Shown piece after piece: positions 62,399 through 64,000 of a stretch of DNA of 64,000 nt. This DNA is from Octopus bimaculoides (taxonomy: Eukaryota), in assembly GCF_001194135.2 (NCBI RefSeq), contig NC_068987.1, positions 93,880,784 through 93,944,783 on the forward strand, read 5' to 3'. Position 1 is the stretch's first letter. Each line of letters starts with the position of its first letter. Made by a program: the position numbers and the translations under genes. The notes beneath the pieces are model-generated. The model was not told the origin of the DNA. It ran no database searches and saw only the letters and a list, made by a program, of their open reading frames with translations.

Positions 62399-64000
62399 TG
62401 ATAGTAGTTTATGCACCGTCTTTAACAGGCCGGCCAGATTTCTATCGACGTCTAGAGGTTTTCTTGGGAACGTCTCGACCTTTACTTCTAGTGGGGGATT
62501 GGAACGCTACCCTGGACACGCATCTAGATTACGCAGGCAGCAATAGCAATAGAATGGGATGCAAAAACCTCAAAGACCTGCTCAGACGTTTCCAACTGTC
62601 TGACAGGTACCGACTGGACCACCCGAATGTGCCAATGTGGACATGGAGTAACCGCATCGGGTCGTCCAGATCGTACTTAGATAGGGTATTCTGTAGGACA
62701 GTGGATAAGAATAGAGTAGGTTGTCCACAATTCCACATAGTCAGCTACACAGACCACAAATTTGTCACTTGTACGCTTGACGTAGATAAGACACATAGAC
62801 AGGGTCCCGGTTACTGGAAGCTGAACGCGTCGTTCACGGCACGCCAGGCTTACAGGGACCGGATTAGCACTTTAGTTAAGAGAGCATTAACGGGTGCCAT
62901 CATCAACAACAGATGGTGGTATGCCCTCAAAAAAGCAATCAAGTCAGAATCGGTTAGGTACAGTAAGGCCCTAGCGTTAGACCGAAATAGAATAGAGGGA
63001 GACCTAGTTAAGAAATTAGAAGAGGCACTTAGTACTGGCATCGCGTCCAACGTAGTGGCAGCGAGGTTGGCCCTCGACCAACATTTCAACGCCAAACACG
63101 AAGGATGTGTTGTCAGAGCTAGGATGCGTGCTCTGAGGGAGGCCCGAGTAGCGGAGGCGCAACGAGGCAACAGAGCCACCATTAGGTGAAGGGTGCAAAT
63201 TACTCGAGCCTGAAAGGATGTGCGAGGCCTTTCAACAGCGCTTTGCCCGACTGTTCGGGACAACTGGTGGGTCAGAACGCAGAGTAGACTTTAGTGCCTA
63301 CCTGCATGGCCTGCCACGACTCTCAGCAAGAGAGGCGGAGTGTTGTGAAAGACCCATCACAGCCGCGGACGTACGGGATGCGATGGCAGGCTGTAAGGGA
63401 GACAAGTCGCCAGGCTTGGATGGTCTGCCCTACGAACTTTATTGTCATATGCCAGACTTGTTTGGAAGCGTCTTGGCAGCTGTCTACTGCAAATGGCAGC
63501 AAAACGGGAGCATCCCCGTCTTCGTAAAGCGAGGAGCAGTGGCACTACTAAAGAAAGACCCAAACGAGGGGAACATCATAAATAATTTTCGGCCCATCAC
63601 TCTACGCAGATTTGAAAATTTTGGCCAAAGTGTTAGCCGAGAGGTTGGAGCATGTCATCGAGAAAATAGTCGACAGGGCGCAGACGTGCGCCGTGCCGGG
63701 TAGGAATATCCATAACAACCTCCATCTGATCCGCTACATCATGGGCAAGGTAGTTAAGGAACCTGGCATGGGTGGGGCGCTGATCAATTTGGATCAATCA
63801 AAAGCTTTCGATAGGGTAGACCATCACTACTTGGAAGCCGTCCTCATAGCGGCTGGTTTCGGTCCCGTCTTCCGCGGTTGGATCGCTGCCTTATACAGCG
63901 GCATCCGCTCGGTAGTTTGCGTAAACGGTCATCTATCCAGACCTTTCAGCATCATGCGTTCGGTTCGTCAAGGATGCCCGCTCTCGGCCCTTCTGTATGT
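62399..64000 (+). mobile_element. Tx1-clade LINE ORF2 (endonuclease C-half and RT), 5'-truncated, continues beyond the window
   Basis: VYAPS...VGDWNATL...WTW...SYLDRVF...YTDH...GPGYWKLN, KSPGLDGLPYELY, NFRPITL, QTCAVPGRNIHNNL, LDQSKAFDRVDH, VRQGCPLS. Contains frameshifts and small deletions. Confidence 0.93.

Overview
AT-rich, microsatellite-saturated eukaryotic genomic DNA from a fragmented draft assembly, with about 17 N-gaps, most of them flanked by simple repeats. The SINE sequences match what I recall as abundant Octopus repeats, so this is probably an octopus genome (recall, not a database result). No intact protein-coding gene is visible. The window holds four Tx1/L1-clade LINE copies, an RTE 3' fragment, a decayed CR1/Jockey-like remnant, two Tc1/mariner fragments and about a dozen tRNA-derived SINEs of 3-4 families. 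Most long ORFs in the track are artefacts of microsatellites or N-gaps. The most interesting signals are: (1) several minimal type I hammerhead ribozyme motifs of the Penelope-associated kind, often in divergent inverted pairs, including a fully paired variant whose C3-G8 core pair is swapped to G3-C8 (45023-45075, minus); (2) a Tx1 LINE retaining both ends, inserted with a 16-bp target-site duplication into the tRNA-like head of a SINE, with a tandem-monomer 5' UTR and an in-frame deletion of the RT core; (3) a candidate host exon at 59193-59320 (minus).
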